DNA of 64,000 nt from Polyangiales bacterium (lineage in GTDB: Bacteria; Myxococcota_A; Polyangia; Polyangiales; Polyangiaceae), in contig JBBRLQ010000033.1 in NCBI GenBank assembly GCA_038231275.1, forward strand, positions 12,377 through 76,376. Direction: 5' to 3'. How positions within the stretch are numbered: the first letter of the stretch is position 1; every line of letters starts with the position of its first letter. Shown here piece by piece: positions 18,787 to 28,853 of this stretch. The notes under the pieces were generated by a model. The model did not search any database. It was given only the letters and a program-made list of their open reading frames with translations, and was not told the DNA's origin. The position numbers and the translations under genes are program-made.

Positions 18787-19263
18787 ATGGAAGGCCTCGT
18801 GAGCCTCCACATTGGTGACAAAGCCCCCGACTTCGACGTGACCGCCCACGACGGCAAGCGCCTGCGCCTCGGCGACTATCTCGGGAAAAAGAACGTGGTT
18901 CTCTACTTTTACCCGAAGGACTTCACCGCGGTGTGCACGGCCGAGGCGTGCGGGTTCCGGGACATGTACGACGAGCTCATGGGCAAGGACACGGAGGTCA
19001 TCGGCGTCTCCGTCGACGACAACGAGTCCCACGACCGCTTCGCCAAGAAGCATGGGGTCACGTTCCCCTTGGTCGCCGACCCCAAGAAGGAGCTCGCGGC
19101 GAAGTACCAGGCGACCGGCTTTTTCAGCGATCTCCTCGGCGGCACCAAGCGCATCACCTATCTCATCGACAAAAAGGGCAAAATCGCCGGCGTCTTCGAC
19201 AGCGCCATCCGCGCGTCGCAGCACCTCGACGGCGTCAAAGGCGCGATCGCCGCGCTTGCGTGA
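18787..19263 (+). CDS. bcp: Peroxiredoxin (Bcp/PrxQ)
   Basis: [20 protein letters not shown]. Alternative GTG start at 18799. Confidence 0.88.
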   Translation: MEGLVSLHIGDKAPDFDVTAHDGKRLRLGDYLGKKNVVLYFYPKDFTAVCTAEACGFRDMYDELMGKDTEVIGVSVDDNESHDRFAKKHGVTFPLVADPKKELAAKYQATGFFSDLLGGTKRITYLIDKKGKIAGVFDSAIRASQHLDGVKGAIAALA

Positions 19264-19300
19264 CTCGCCTGGCCCGCCGTGGATTCGCAGGCCTAAGTGC

Positions 19301-19328
19301 TTGACGGAAAAGGCGGCGCGACTAGGAT
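19301..19328 (+). promoter_or_regulatory. Sigma70-like promoter for rplC
   Basis: TTGACG-N16-TAGGAT. Confidence 0.55.
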
Positions 19329-19467
19329 GCCGCCTCTCCTATCGGCGTGGGGTTTTCCCCTCGGTCTTGCGCTCCGAGACCGGTCCAGTCCTCTGCAACG
19401 CCGTGCGGAATCATTTCGAGCTGCCTCGAGCTTTCATCATCCGCGGAGCGCGCGACGGAGAATCGCC

Positions 19468-20127
19468 ATGAACCAGAACCCCGGAATCTACGGCCGCAAG
19501 ATCGGCAACACGCAGCTCTACACCGCGGACGGCAACGTCAGCCGCGTCACCGTCGTGCAGGCGGGCCCGATCCACGTCATCAACAAGCGTACGCCCGAGA
19601 AGGACGGTTACACCGCCCTCGTGTACGGCTTCGAGGATCGCAAAGAGAAGCACACGACCAAGCCGATGATGGGGCAGTTCAAGAAGGCGAACACTGCGCC
19701 GCGCCGCGTGGTGAAGGAGCTCCGCTGCTCCCCCGAGTTCGCCGCCAAGTTCGAGGTCGGGCACGAGATGAAGCTCGACGAGATCTTCGAGGTCGGCGGC
19801 TTCGTCGACGCGCGCGGCACCTCGCGCGGCCGCGGCTTCACCGGCGTCGTCCGTCGCTGGGGCTTCGCGGGCGGCGTGCAAACGCACGGCACGCACGAGT
19901 ACCGCCGTCACGGCGGCTCGATCGGTACGAACATGACGCCGGGCCGCACGCTCCCCAACATCAAGATGGGCGGGCAGTACGGCAACACGACGATCAGCAC
20001 GCTCAACCTGAAGATCTCGCGCATCGACGTCGAGAAGCACCTCATCATGGTCGAGGGCGGCATCGCCGGCGCGAAGGGCGGCCTCGTCCTCATTCGCCAG
20101 GCCGTCAAGAAGCACAAGAAGAAGTAG
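19468..20127 (+). CDS. rplC: 50S ribosomal protein L3
   Basis: GRKIGNTQ, KDGYTAL, SRGRGFTGVVRRWGF, HGGSIG..TPGR. Confidence 0.96.
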   Translation: MNQNPGIYGRKIGNTQLYTADGNVSRVTVVQAGPIHVINKRTPEKDGYTALVYGFEDRKEKHTTKPMMGQFKKANTAPRRVVKELRCSPEFAAKFEVGHEMKLDEIFEVGGFVDARGTSRGRGFTGVVRRWGFAGGVQTHGTHEYRRHGGSIGTNMTPGRTLPNIKMGGQYGNTTISTLNLKISRIDVEKHLIMVEGGIAGAKGGLVLIRQAVKKHKKK

Positions 20128-20151
20128 TGGGCGACGCCGGGGGCGGGCGGT

Positions 20152-21222
20152 CTACGGATCGACGCCCCCGTGGGTGCCGTACTTCTTCGCGCGCCACACG
20201 CCGAGACCTTCGTCGAGGACCGTCACCTTCGTGAAGCCCTTCGCGACGAGCTTCGCCGCGAGGGTGCTCGACTCGGCGTGCGGGCACGCGCAGTAGCAGA
20301 CGAGCCACGCGTCCTTCGGGAGCGCCGCGAAGTACGGATCGGGATCGTAGAAGGGCACGCTGACGGCGCCCTTGATGTGATCGTTCGTGTAGTCGGACGG
20401 CGCGCGCGCATCGAGCAGCGCCATCTTCGCGCCGCGATCGAGCTCGCGATGCACGATGTCGGCGCCCGTCGTCTTCGGGTGCGTGTTGAAGCCGATCGGC
20501 TCCGGTCCTTTGGGGTGGAGCGGCACGGGGCCGAGCGGGATCGGCGGCGGCTTCGCGGGAGGAGGAGGCGGCGTCGCGGCGGCGCCGAGCTGCCAGCTGC
20601 GAAGGAGCGCGATCTGATCCTCGACGCCAGTCGTGCCGAGCGGGGCGGCGAAGCCTTGCATTGGCGTCCCGTCGCGGCCATGCGCGATCGCGCGGCGGAG
20701 GAAGCCGTTTCCGGCGAGGCCGAGGAGCTCCACACTGCCGATGCCGACGTTCGGGCCGCCGATTCCCTTCGCGCCGTGGCACTTCGCGCACGTCGCCGAG
20801 AAGGTGACCGCGCCGCGCTGGGCGTCTCCGGCGGCGACGCGATCGTCGACCTCTTGGCGCGGGCGCATCTGCCACGTGCGCATGAACGCGACGACCGCAT
20901 CGACGTCCGCGCGCGAGAGCGGTCCGCCGCGCTCGGTGCCCCACGCCGACATCGTCGTGCCGGAGCGGCCGCGCGCGATCGCGCCGCGTAAGAAGTCGTC
21001 GGTGACCGTGGTCAGGAACTCGGGGTGGCGGAGCGTGGGCGCCTGATCGGCTTTGTACCCCTCGCCGTTCGCGCCGTGGCAGACCGCGCACATCCGACCG
21101 TAGAGCTCGGCGCCGCGCGCCTGCGTTCGCGTCTGGATGTGGCGACCGCACTCGAGCGATCCGCTCGCGATGCACGCGCCCATGACGGCGACAAATGCGA
21201 GGAGCCGGGTTCGAATGTCCAC
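20152..21222 (-). CDS. Di-heme cytochrome c fused to a rhodanese domain
   Basis: CAVCH and CAKCH; C-terminal LLDAR..YTNDHIKGA..YCACPHAES..GF..LDEG..W. Confidence 0.85.
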   Translation of the reverse strand: MDIRTRLLAFVAVMGACIASGSLECGRHIQTRTQARGAELYGRMCAVCHGANGEGYKADQAPTLRHPEFLTTVTDDFLRGAIARGRSGTTMSAWGTERGGPLSRADVDAVVAFMRTWQMRPRQEVDDRVAAGDAQRGAVTFSATCAKCHGAKGIGGPNVGIGSVELLGLAGNGFLRRAIAHGRDGTPMQGFAAPLGTTGVEDQIALLRSWQLGAAATPPPPPAKPPPIPLGPVPLHPKGPEPIGFNTHPKTTGADIVHRELDRGAKMALLDARAPSDYTNDHIKGAVSVPFYDPDPYFAALPKDAWLVCYCACPHAESSTLAAKLVAKGFTKVTVLDEGLGVWRAKKYGTHGGVDP

Positions 21223-21278
21223 GCGCGACGAAGCGTAGCAGGGGACCGTGCGCCTGCCGTCGAGTATCGTTGGCGGAG

Positions 21279-23345
21279 ATGACGCCCCTTCGCCTCTCCG
21301 CGACGCTCGCCCTCACCGTCATGGCGTGCGGCCCGTCCACACCGTCCGCGACCTCCACGCCGAACGCGATGCCCACGCAGAAATGCGCCGCGACGAGGGC
21401 GCCGCCCGCCGAGCGCGTGATTCGCTTCGACTGCCTCATGATGGGCAAGAAGGCGGGCGAGCACGTCGTGACCGTGCACCCGAGCGGCGATCGGGCCGCG
21501 ACGTTCGAGTTCAACGATCGCGGACGCGGGCCCAAGCTCACCGCGCACCTGGAGACGAACGCCGACGGATTTCCCACCGCGCTCGACGTCGTCGGCGTCG
21601 ACTACTTGAAGGTGCCGGTCGACGAGCACCTCACGATGAAGAACGGCACGCTCGCGTGGAAGAACCGCGCGGAGATCGGCGAGGCGCCGGCCGGCAGCGG
21701 GTTCTACGTCCCGTTCCACGGGATGACCGATCACGACGCCGCCCTCGCGCGCGCGCTCATCCGGCGCCCCGATCACGCGCTCGATCTGCTTCCGAAGGGG
21801 CGCGCGCGCATCGAGAAGGGCACCGAGCTCGTGCTCGGCGAGGGCGAAACCAAGCTCCACGTGACGCGCTGGGATTTTCTCGGCATCGATCTCATGCCGC
21901 AGCCCATCTGGCTCGACGACGACGGCGAGCTCTTCGCGCAGGTCTCCGATTGGTTCACGACCGTGCGGAAAGGCTGGGCCGAGCAGGTACCCAAGCTCCA
22001 GGACGATCAGCACGCGGCGGAGACCGCGCGGCTGGAGCACGACGCCAAAGCGATCGCGCACACGCCGCCGGCGGCAGGGCTCGCCATCGTCAACGCGCGG
22101 ATTTTCGACGTCGAGAAGAAGACCGCGACGATGGGCACCGTGCTGGTGAAGGGCGATCGCATCGTCCAGGCGGGTCCCGCCGCGGCCGTGAAGCTTCCGC
22201 CTGGGGTGGAGACGCTCGACGTGGCGGGCAAGACAGTTCTCCCGGGCCTATGTGACATGCACACGCACGTCTCGCCGCTCGACGGCACGCTCCACGTCGC
22301 CGCCGGGGTCACCAGCGTGCGCGATCTCGGCAACGACGTCGACGTCGTGAAGCGACTGAAGGACAGCTGGGACGCAGGCAAGACGATCGGTCCGCGCTTG
22401 CTCTCTGCGGGGCTCATCGACGGCCGCGGCCCGTTCCAGGCGCCCACCAAGATCTTCGCGGACACCGAGGACGAAGCGCGCGCGCAGGTCGACGCGTACG
22501 CCGCGCTCGGGTACGCGCAGATCAAGATCTACAGCTCGATGAAGCCTGCGCTCGTGCCCGCGCTCATCGCCGAGGCTCGCCTCAAGAAGATGCGCGTGAG
22601 CGGTCACGTACCGATGGGGATGACCGCCGCCGACGCCGTCAACGCCGGCTACGACGAGATCCAGCACATGAACTTCCTGTTCCTCAATTTCCTCGCGACG
22701 CGCGAGGAGGACACGCGCACGCCGCTGCGCTTCACGCGCGTGGCCGAAAAGGGGAGCACGATCGATCCACAGAGCCCGCCCGTCCGCGAGTTCATCAAGA
22801 TGCTCGCGCAGAAAAAGATCGTGATCGATCCGACGGACAACATCTTCGAGGCCATGTTCACCGATCGCGCCGGCAAGGTACCGGATTGGGCGGCGCGCCT
22901 GGAAGGACGACTCCCCGTGCTGGTGCGGCGCGGTCTCCTCGGCGGCGGACTGCCGGTCGCCGACGACGGGGCCGGCGCGCGGTACAAAGCGTCGTTCGAC
23001 GCGGTGCTCAAGATGACCAAGGCCCTCTTCGACGCAGGCGTGACGCTCGTGGCCGGCACCGACGCGCCCGCCGGCTTCGCGCTCCACCGCGAGCTCGAGC
23101 TCTACGCGAAGGCGGGGATCCCCGCAGGCGACGTGCTCGCGATCGCGACGATCGGCGCCGCGCGCGTAATGAAGCAAGAGAAGGTGCGTGGATCGATCGC
23201 GTCGGGAAAACTAGCCGATCTTGCGATCGTCGACGGCAAACCCGACGTGGACATGATCGACATCGAGAAAGTCGTGACCACGATCAAGGGCGGCGTCGTC
23301 TTCTCGTCGAAGGACCTGTACGCGACCGTCGGCGTCGGTCCCTGA
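21279..23345 (+). CDS. Amidohydrolase family lipoprotein
   Basis: Lipobox VMAC, PGLCDMHTH, AGTD, GKLADLAIVDG. Confidence 0.85.
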   Translation: MTPLRLSATLALTVMACGPSTPSATSTPNAMPTQKCAATRAPPAERVIRFDCLMMGKKAGEHVVTVHPSGDRAATFEFNDRGRGPKLTAHLETNADGFPTALDVVGVDYLKVPVDEHLTMKNGTLAWKNRAEIGEAPAGSGFYVPFHGMTDHDAALARALIRRPDHALDLLPKGRARIEKGTELVLGEGETKLHVTRWDFLGIDLMPQPIWLDDDGELFAQVSDWFTTVRKGWAEQVPKLQDDQHAAETARLEHDAKAIAHTPPAAGLAIVNARIFDVEKKTATMGTVLVKGDRIVQAGPAAAVKLPPGVETLDVAGKTVLPGLCDMHTHVSPLDGTLHVAAGVTSVRDLGNDVDVVKRLKDSWDAGKTIGPRLLSAGLIDGRGPFQAPTKIFADTEDEARAQVDAYAALGYAQIKIYSSMKPALVPALIAEARLKKMRVSGHVPMGMTAADAVNAGYDEIQHMNFLFLNFLATREEDTRTPLRFTRVAEKGSTIDPQSPPVREFIKMLAQKKIVIDPTDNIFEAMFTDRAGKVPDWAARLEGRLPVLVRRGLLGGGLPVADDGAGARYKASFDAVLKMTKALFDAGVTLVAGTDAPAGFALHRELELYAKAGIPAGDVLAIATIGAARVMKQEKVRGSIASGKLADLAIVDGKPDVDMIDIEKVVTTIKGGVVFSSKDLYATVGVGP

Positions 23346-23349
23346 TCGT

Positions 23350-24417
23350 TCAGGGCGCGGGCGGCAGCGGGATGCCGGGGATTCCGTCGGGAACCTTTCG
23401 CATCGCGAGACTCCCCTCCCCTCGGCCACTCGAGATGCTGCCGATCAGCACGTCGTCGGCGCTGATCGATCCCGTTCCGCGAACCAGACCCGATCCGTCC
23501 TGCGTGAACGTCGACGCAAAGCGCGTGTTGCGGAGCGTCACCTGGGGCTGCGGTACGTCCACGTCGACCGGAAGGTTCACGTACGAGGCCGTGCCGTCGC
23601 CGATGTCCTCCGCGCAGCCGTGCACGGTAAACGAGTAGCCGGTGGGCGGACCGGGATCGGGGATGTAGTCGGGAAACTCGTCGGGCGTGCCGGCGCGCTC
23701 GGACGGGATGACGCACGCCGGCTGCGGGAGGAGCCGGCACGCCTCGCTCGACTTGCACGGCGACGGGCAGCGTGACGGATCGGGGTTTCGTTTGGCACGC
23801 GTGAATTGGCCGAGAATTTCCCCGGTGGGGAGCGGCTGGAGGACGACGAAGAGCTGCACTTGCGTCGCGATCGGCTTCTTCACGTCCATCAAGTAGAAGT
23901 ACGTGCCGCCCGTCACGACCGCGGAGGGCTTCGTGCACGACAGCTTCACGTCGAAGCCGAACACGATCTTTCGCCGCGCGCGCGTCGCGCTCCCGCCGAT
24001 CTCGGTGAGGCCGGGCTCGACGAGGAGGACGAGGCGCGGCGTGATCGGGAGCGGCGTCTTCGGCGTGATACGCACGCTCTTCGCGTCGGGCGAGAGCTCG
24101 AGGGATCCGCCGCGATCGCCGTCGTCGGGATCGTGCGAGAAGAGGGGCGAGAGATCGCCGGGAGGATCCACCTCGTCGGGGAGGTTGCCCTCGATGTCGA
24201 CGACGTTGCGCACGATCTCGAGGCGCAACGTCGAGATCTCGATCGGCTTGGTGAACGTCACGGTGATCGGCGCCGCCGGATCGGACAGGAGCCCGTCGTG
24301 GGCCTCGGCGAGCGTCGGCGACGGAGGCGCGTCGAATTTCTCGCACGCGCTGGTGAGCGCGAGGGGGAACGCGAGGACGATCGCGAGAGTCAGACAGAGG
24401 AGCGCGCGGCGGATCAT
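23350..24417 (-). CDS. Lipoprotein with Ig-like and Cys-rich regions
   Basis: Lipobox TSAC, ITVTFTKPI-type Ig strand, several Cys; co-oriented with the upstream barrel gene. Confidence 0.7.
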   Translation of the reverse strand: MIRRALLCLTLAIVLAFPLALTSACEKFDAPPSPTLAEAHDGLLSDPAAPITVTFTKPIEISTLRLEIVRNVVDIEGNLPDEVDPPGDLSPLFSHDPDDGDRGGSLELSPDAKSVRITPKTPLPITPRLVLLVEPGLTEIGGSATRARRKIVFGFDVKLSCTKPSAVVTGGTYFYLMDVKKPIATQVQLFVVLQPLPTGEILGQFTRAKRNPDPSRCPSPCKSSEACRLLPQPACVIPSERAGTPDEFPDYIPDPGPPTGYSFTVHGCAEDIGDGTASYVNLPVDVDVPQPQVTLRNTRFASTFTQDGSGLVRGTGSISADDVLIGSISSGRGEGSLAMRKVPDGIPGIPLPPAP

Positions 24418-24427
24418 CGTCGTCCTC

Positions 24428-26095
24428 TCAAAAATAGAAGGTGGTTCGAGCCTGGACGAGGACGCTTCGCGCGGCGTATCCGTCGGCGTCCTTGAGCGCG
24501 CTGCCCGGGAAGAGCACCGCGCCCTCGAGATCGGCCACGAAGTGATCCCAGATGCGGTACTGGATGCGCCCGTCGAGCTCGGCGCCGTAGAAGCTGCCCG
24601 GCTTTCCGCCGGCGAAGTTGACGAGATCGTCCTTGATGGTGAGGCCGTCGCGCGACTGGAGCGACTGGATGGGGCTGACGACCGGCGAGGCCGCCCACGC
24701 GACGAGCGCGCCGGCGCGGAAGAGCCAGCCATCCCACGGACGCAGATCGAACTGCGGAAAAAGGGCGAGCGCGTTGGTGAAGGCGCCGCGCGTGTTGATC
24801 GCCTCGGCCGGGAAGCTACGCGCGCCGAGGCGCTTCAAGAGCTCCACGCCGGCGAGCGACGAACGCGCGCTCTGGAACCCAAGCGCGTGCTTGAACATGA
24901 GGAGGCCGACGTTCGTGTCCTCCGCGAACGTGAACTGCGTGAGCGCCGAGCGCGGCGTCGGATCGTCGTCGCCCGACGCGTAGTCGGCCTCCATGTACGC
25001 GGTGAAGAGCGGCTTGTCGTAGCGGAGGACCGCGCGCGCGCCCAGCTGACGCACCGTCTGGTCCACCGACGGATCGCTCGTGATCGTGCGGTACGCCTCG
25101 CTGATCTCGCGCGTGCTGCCGAGCACCAGCGCCGCGTCGACGCCCGCTTGGAAATCGCCGAAGCGCGAGATGCCGCGGAGGCCCATGCTGTCGATCGCTG
25201 TGCCGTACTGCTGATCGAACCGGTAGACGTAGTAGCCGGAGAAGCGCAAATCGCGACCGAGCGGCCACCTCTCGGCGAGGTAGCGAAAGCCGGCGGAGAC
25301 CTGGTGCACGTCGTCGCGGAACGAGCTCGGCTGATCGGTGACGACGCGATCGTAGGTGACGCCGACGAAGAGGCCCTCGGTCTGCGACGCGTTGCGCTGC
25401 TCGGCCGGCTTGAACGCCTCGAGGGGCTTCGTCGCGAAGAGGACGCGGTCCACGATGTTGCCGGTGTGCGAGACGCCGAAGCGGTTGGTGCGCCCGTCGC
25501 CGTCGGCGGACTGCACGCCCATTCCTTCGTTGGCGGTCTGGCGACCGATGCGGAGGAGCCCGAACGGAAGCAGGATCTCGCCGTACGCCTTGCGAACGAA
25601 GAGGGGCGTCGCGGGGCACAGCGTGTAGCCGTACGACTCCGGCACGAGCGGATCGCCGCCCTTGAGGCCGATGCACGCCACCGCGAGGTTCGGGTTTCGT
25701 GCCGTGATGTTCGCTCCGCTGAGCGGCTGCGGCGAGGAGCCGAGGGTGCCGTTGTCCCCCCACATGACGCCGTCGAGCACGTCGGCCGAGAGGATGAAGC
25801 GCACCTTGTCCTGCCAGTCGACGGCGCCGTCGAGGCGGAGGCGCTGATCGATCCAGCCGACGCCGCGCGCGTTCTCGTCGGACAGCGCGATGGGGTTCAC
25901 GAAGAGCGCCTGCGTGCGGTACTCGACCGCGCCCTTGAAGCCGAAGTCACCGAGCTCGGCGCGCGCGGGCGGCGACGGAGGATCGGCGTCGGCCCACGGC
26001 TCGGCCGCGCGCGCGGTTCCCTCGAACGAGAGGAGCGCGCCACCGAGGGCGAGGGCGAGGCCCATGGAGAGGCCAATCGACGTGGCGGCGCGCAT
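24428..26095 (-). CDS. Putative outer-membrane beta-barrel protein
   Basis: Signal peptide, amphipathic strands, ASGDDD motif, terminal TTFYF. Confidence 0.7.
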   Translation of the reverse strand: MRAATSIGLSMGLALALGGALLSFEGTARAAEPWADADPPSPPARAELGDFGFKGAVEYRTQALFVNPIALSDENARGVGWIDQRLRLDGAVDWQDKVRFILSADVLDGVMWGDNGTLGSSPQPLSGANITARNPNLAVACIGLKGGDPLVPESYGYTLCPATPLFVRKAYGEILLPFGLLRIGRQTANEGMGVQSADGDGRTNRFGVSHTGNIVDRVLFATKPLEAFKPAEQRNASQTEGLFVGVTYDRVVTDQPSSFRDDVHQVSAGFRYLAERWPLGRDLRFSGYYVYRFDQQYGTAIDSMGLRGISRFGDFQAGVDAALVLGSTREISEAYRTITSDPSVDQTVRQLGARAVLRYDKPLFTAYMEADYASGDDDPTPRSALTQFTFAEDTNVGLLMFKHALGFQSARSSLAGVELLKRLGARSFPAEAINTRGAFTNALALFPQFDLRPWDGWLFRAGALVAWAASPVVSPIQSLQSRDGLTIKDDLVNFAGGKPGSFYGAELDGRIQYRIWDHFVADLEGAVLFPGSALKDADGYAARSVLVQARTTFYF

Positions 26096-26159
26096 CGTTT
26101 CGAGTCTCCCCAGGAGGAACGAAGCTACATAGCGCACGGCTCGGCTGCGCGCCGCAAGA

Positions 26160-26174
26160 ATTTACACCGTAAAT
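26160..26174. promoter_or_regulatory. TetR operator 1, overlapping the -35 of the tetR promoter
   Basis: Palindrome ATTTAC-ACC-GTAAAT; TTTACA-N17-TACCTT promoter. Confidence 0.75.
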
Positions 26175-26195
26175 GAAGGAGCGTACCTTGGACCC

Positions 26196-26846
26196 ATGGC
26201 CCGGAAGCAAAAGCGCGAGCCGCTGTCGCAGGAGCGCATCGTGACCGCGGCGCTCCACGTCATCGACGCCGTGGGTCTCGAAGCCTTCACCACACGCGCG
26301 CTCGGCAAGAAGCTCGGGTGCGAGGCGATGGCGATCTACAACCATTTCGCGAGCAAAGAGGAGCTGCTCGACGCGGTGGCCGATCGCCTCATGTCCAAGA
26401 CGGAGCTGCCGATGGAAGGGAGCTGGCGCGATCGCGCGCGAGGCCTCGCCAACTCCTACCGCTCGCTGGCGCGCGTCCATCCGCACGCCTTCCCCCTCCT
26501 CGCGACGCGGCGCGGCACGCTTCCAAGCGCGTACGGCATGTACGATCGCGTCTTCGCGGCGACGATGGGAGAGGGCCTCGACGCCTTCTCGGTCGCCTGC
26601 GTCTTCCGCGCGCTCGCGCAGTACTGCACCGGCACCGCCCTCTACGAGATCAACACGACCGCATTCTACGCCGAGGGCGGCAACGCCGAGATCCCGCCGG
26701 AGGTCGCCGCGAGCGTGCCGTCGCTCGCCAAGGTCGCCGCGTACTTCACGCCGGCCCACTTCGACGCCCTCTTCCATTTCGGCCTCGAGTCGATGCTGGA
26801 CGGCTTCGAGCGCCAGCTGATTCGCCGGGCCGCCGAGCACGCCTGA
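26196..26846 (+). CDS. TetR family regulator with TetR_C domain
   Basis: LSQERIVTAAL..GLEAFTTRALGKKLGCEAMAIYNHF; FHFGLESMLDG. Confidence 0.92.
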   Translation: MARKQKREPLSQERIVTAALHVIDAVGLEAFTTRALGKKLGCEAMAIYNHFASKEELLDAVADRLMSKTELPMEGSWRDRARGLANSYRSLARVHPHAFPLLATRRGTLPSAYGMYDRVFAATMGEGLDAFSVACVFRALAQYCTGTALYEINTTAFYAEGGNAEIPPEVAASVPSLAKVAAYFTPAHFDALFHFGLESMLDGFERQLIRRAAEHA

Positions 26847-26871
26847 TGCATTATTTCGCCTCGCAGGCCTT

Positions 26872-26886
26872 GTTTACACCGTAAAC
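26872..26886. promoter_or_regulatory. TetR operator 2
   Basis: GTTTAC-ACC-GTAAAC; the 13-bp core is identical to operator 1. Confidence 0.75.
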
Positions 26887-26926
26887 TCGTGTCAGAGAAA
26901 AGGCGCCTACCCAAGGAGCCTCCGCG

Positions 26927-27790
26927 ATGACCATGACCGAGCCCCTCTCCGCGATCTCCCCCCTGGCCCCGGCGACGAACCGCATGCTCCACATGCCGGA
27001 CTTCGAGCTGGGCGAGCGCTTCACGAAGGAGCAGCTCGAGTACCTGGACACGTACGGCTTCATCCGCTTCAAGCGCTTCGCCTCGAAGGAGAAGGTGCGG
27101 GAGCTCGCCCAGGAGGTCGAGGAGATCGATCGCCGCCTCGTCGCCGAGGGGCGCACGCACGTCAACGGCGTGCCCATCATGTTCGGCGCGCGCCCCGACG
27201 GGACGCGCTTCGTGCAGCGCATGGTCTTCTCGTCGCTCTTCGGAGAGCGCCTCCACGCCCTCCTCGACGATCCGCGCTTCCGCGCGATCCTCGACGTCGC
27301 CGGCCCCGGCTACCGCATCGGCGAGCGTGAGCGCGACGGGCTCGTCATCAACCACTACCGGCGCGAGGCGGGCTCCGCGTTCAAGCGCCTCGGCTGGCAC
27401 ACCGACAGCCTGCGCGATCTCTTCTATCTCGAGAAGCCGCGGCGATACCTGAACGTCGGCTTCTACCTCGACGACTCGCCGCTCACGAAGGGCGGCGTGC
27501 GCGTCATCCCGTTCACGCAGGACCAGAGCATCTGGTCGATGCTCACGCGCAAGGCGCACTTCATGGAGCACCAGCCGGACCCGGCGGAGTACGCGATCGA
27601 GGCAGAGGCAGGCGATTTGACGATCCACGACGGCCGGATCTGGCACCGTGTGGCGGAGGCCTCGGTGACCGGCGACGCCAGCCAGCGTCGGGTCATGTAC
27701 ATCCCGCTCATGGAGGGGCCGCTCAAAGAGAAGAACGAGAAGAGCCCCACGCCGCTGTATTTCCGGTTCAAACGCTTCGCCAAATTCTGA
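26927..27790 (+). CDS. Phytanoyl-CoA dioxygenase (PhyH) family Fe(II)/2OG enzyme
   Basis: WHTD (HxD), LDDS..GG..VIP, AGDLTIHDGRIWH, RR. Confidence 0.85.
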   Translation: MTMTEPLSAISPLAPATNRMLHMPDFELGERFTKEQLEYLDTYGFIRFKRFASKEKVRELAQEVEEIDRRLVAEGRTHVNGVPIMFGARPDGTRFVQRMVFSSLFGERLHALLDDPRFRAILDVAGPGYRIGERERDGLVINHYRREAGSAFKRLGWHTDSLRDLFYLEKPRRYLNVGFYLDDSPLTKGGVRVIPFTQDQSIWSMLTRKAHFMEHQPDPAEYAIEAEAGDLTIHDGRIWHRVAEASVTGDASQRRVMYIPLMEGPLKEKNEKSPTPLYFRFKRFAKF

Positions 27791-27795
27791 GGCCC

Positions 27796-28851
<1,056 letters not shown>

Positions 28852-28853
28852 CT

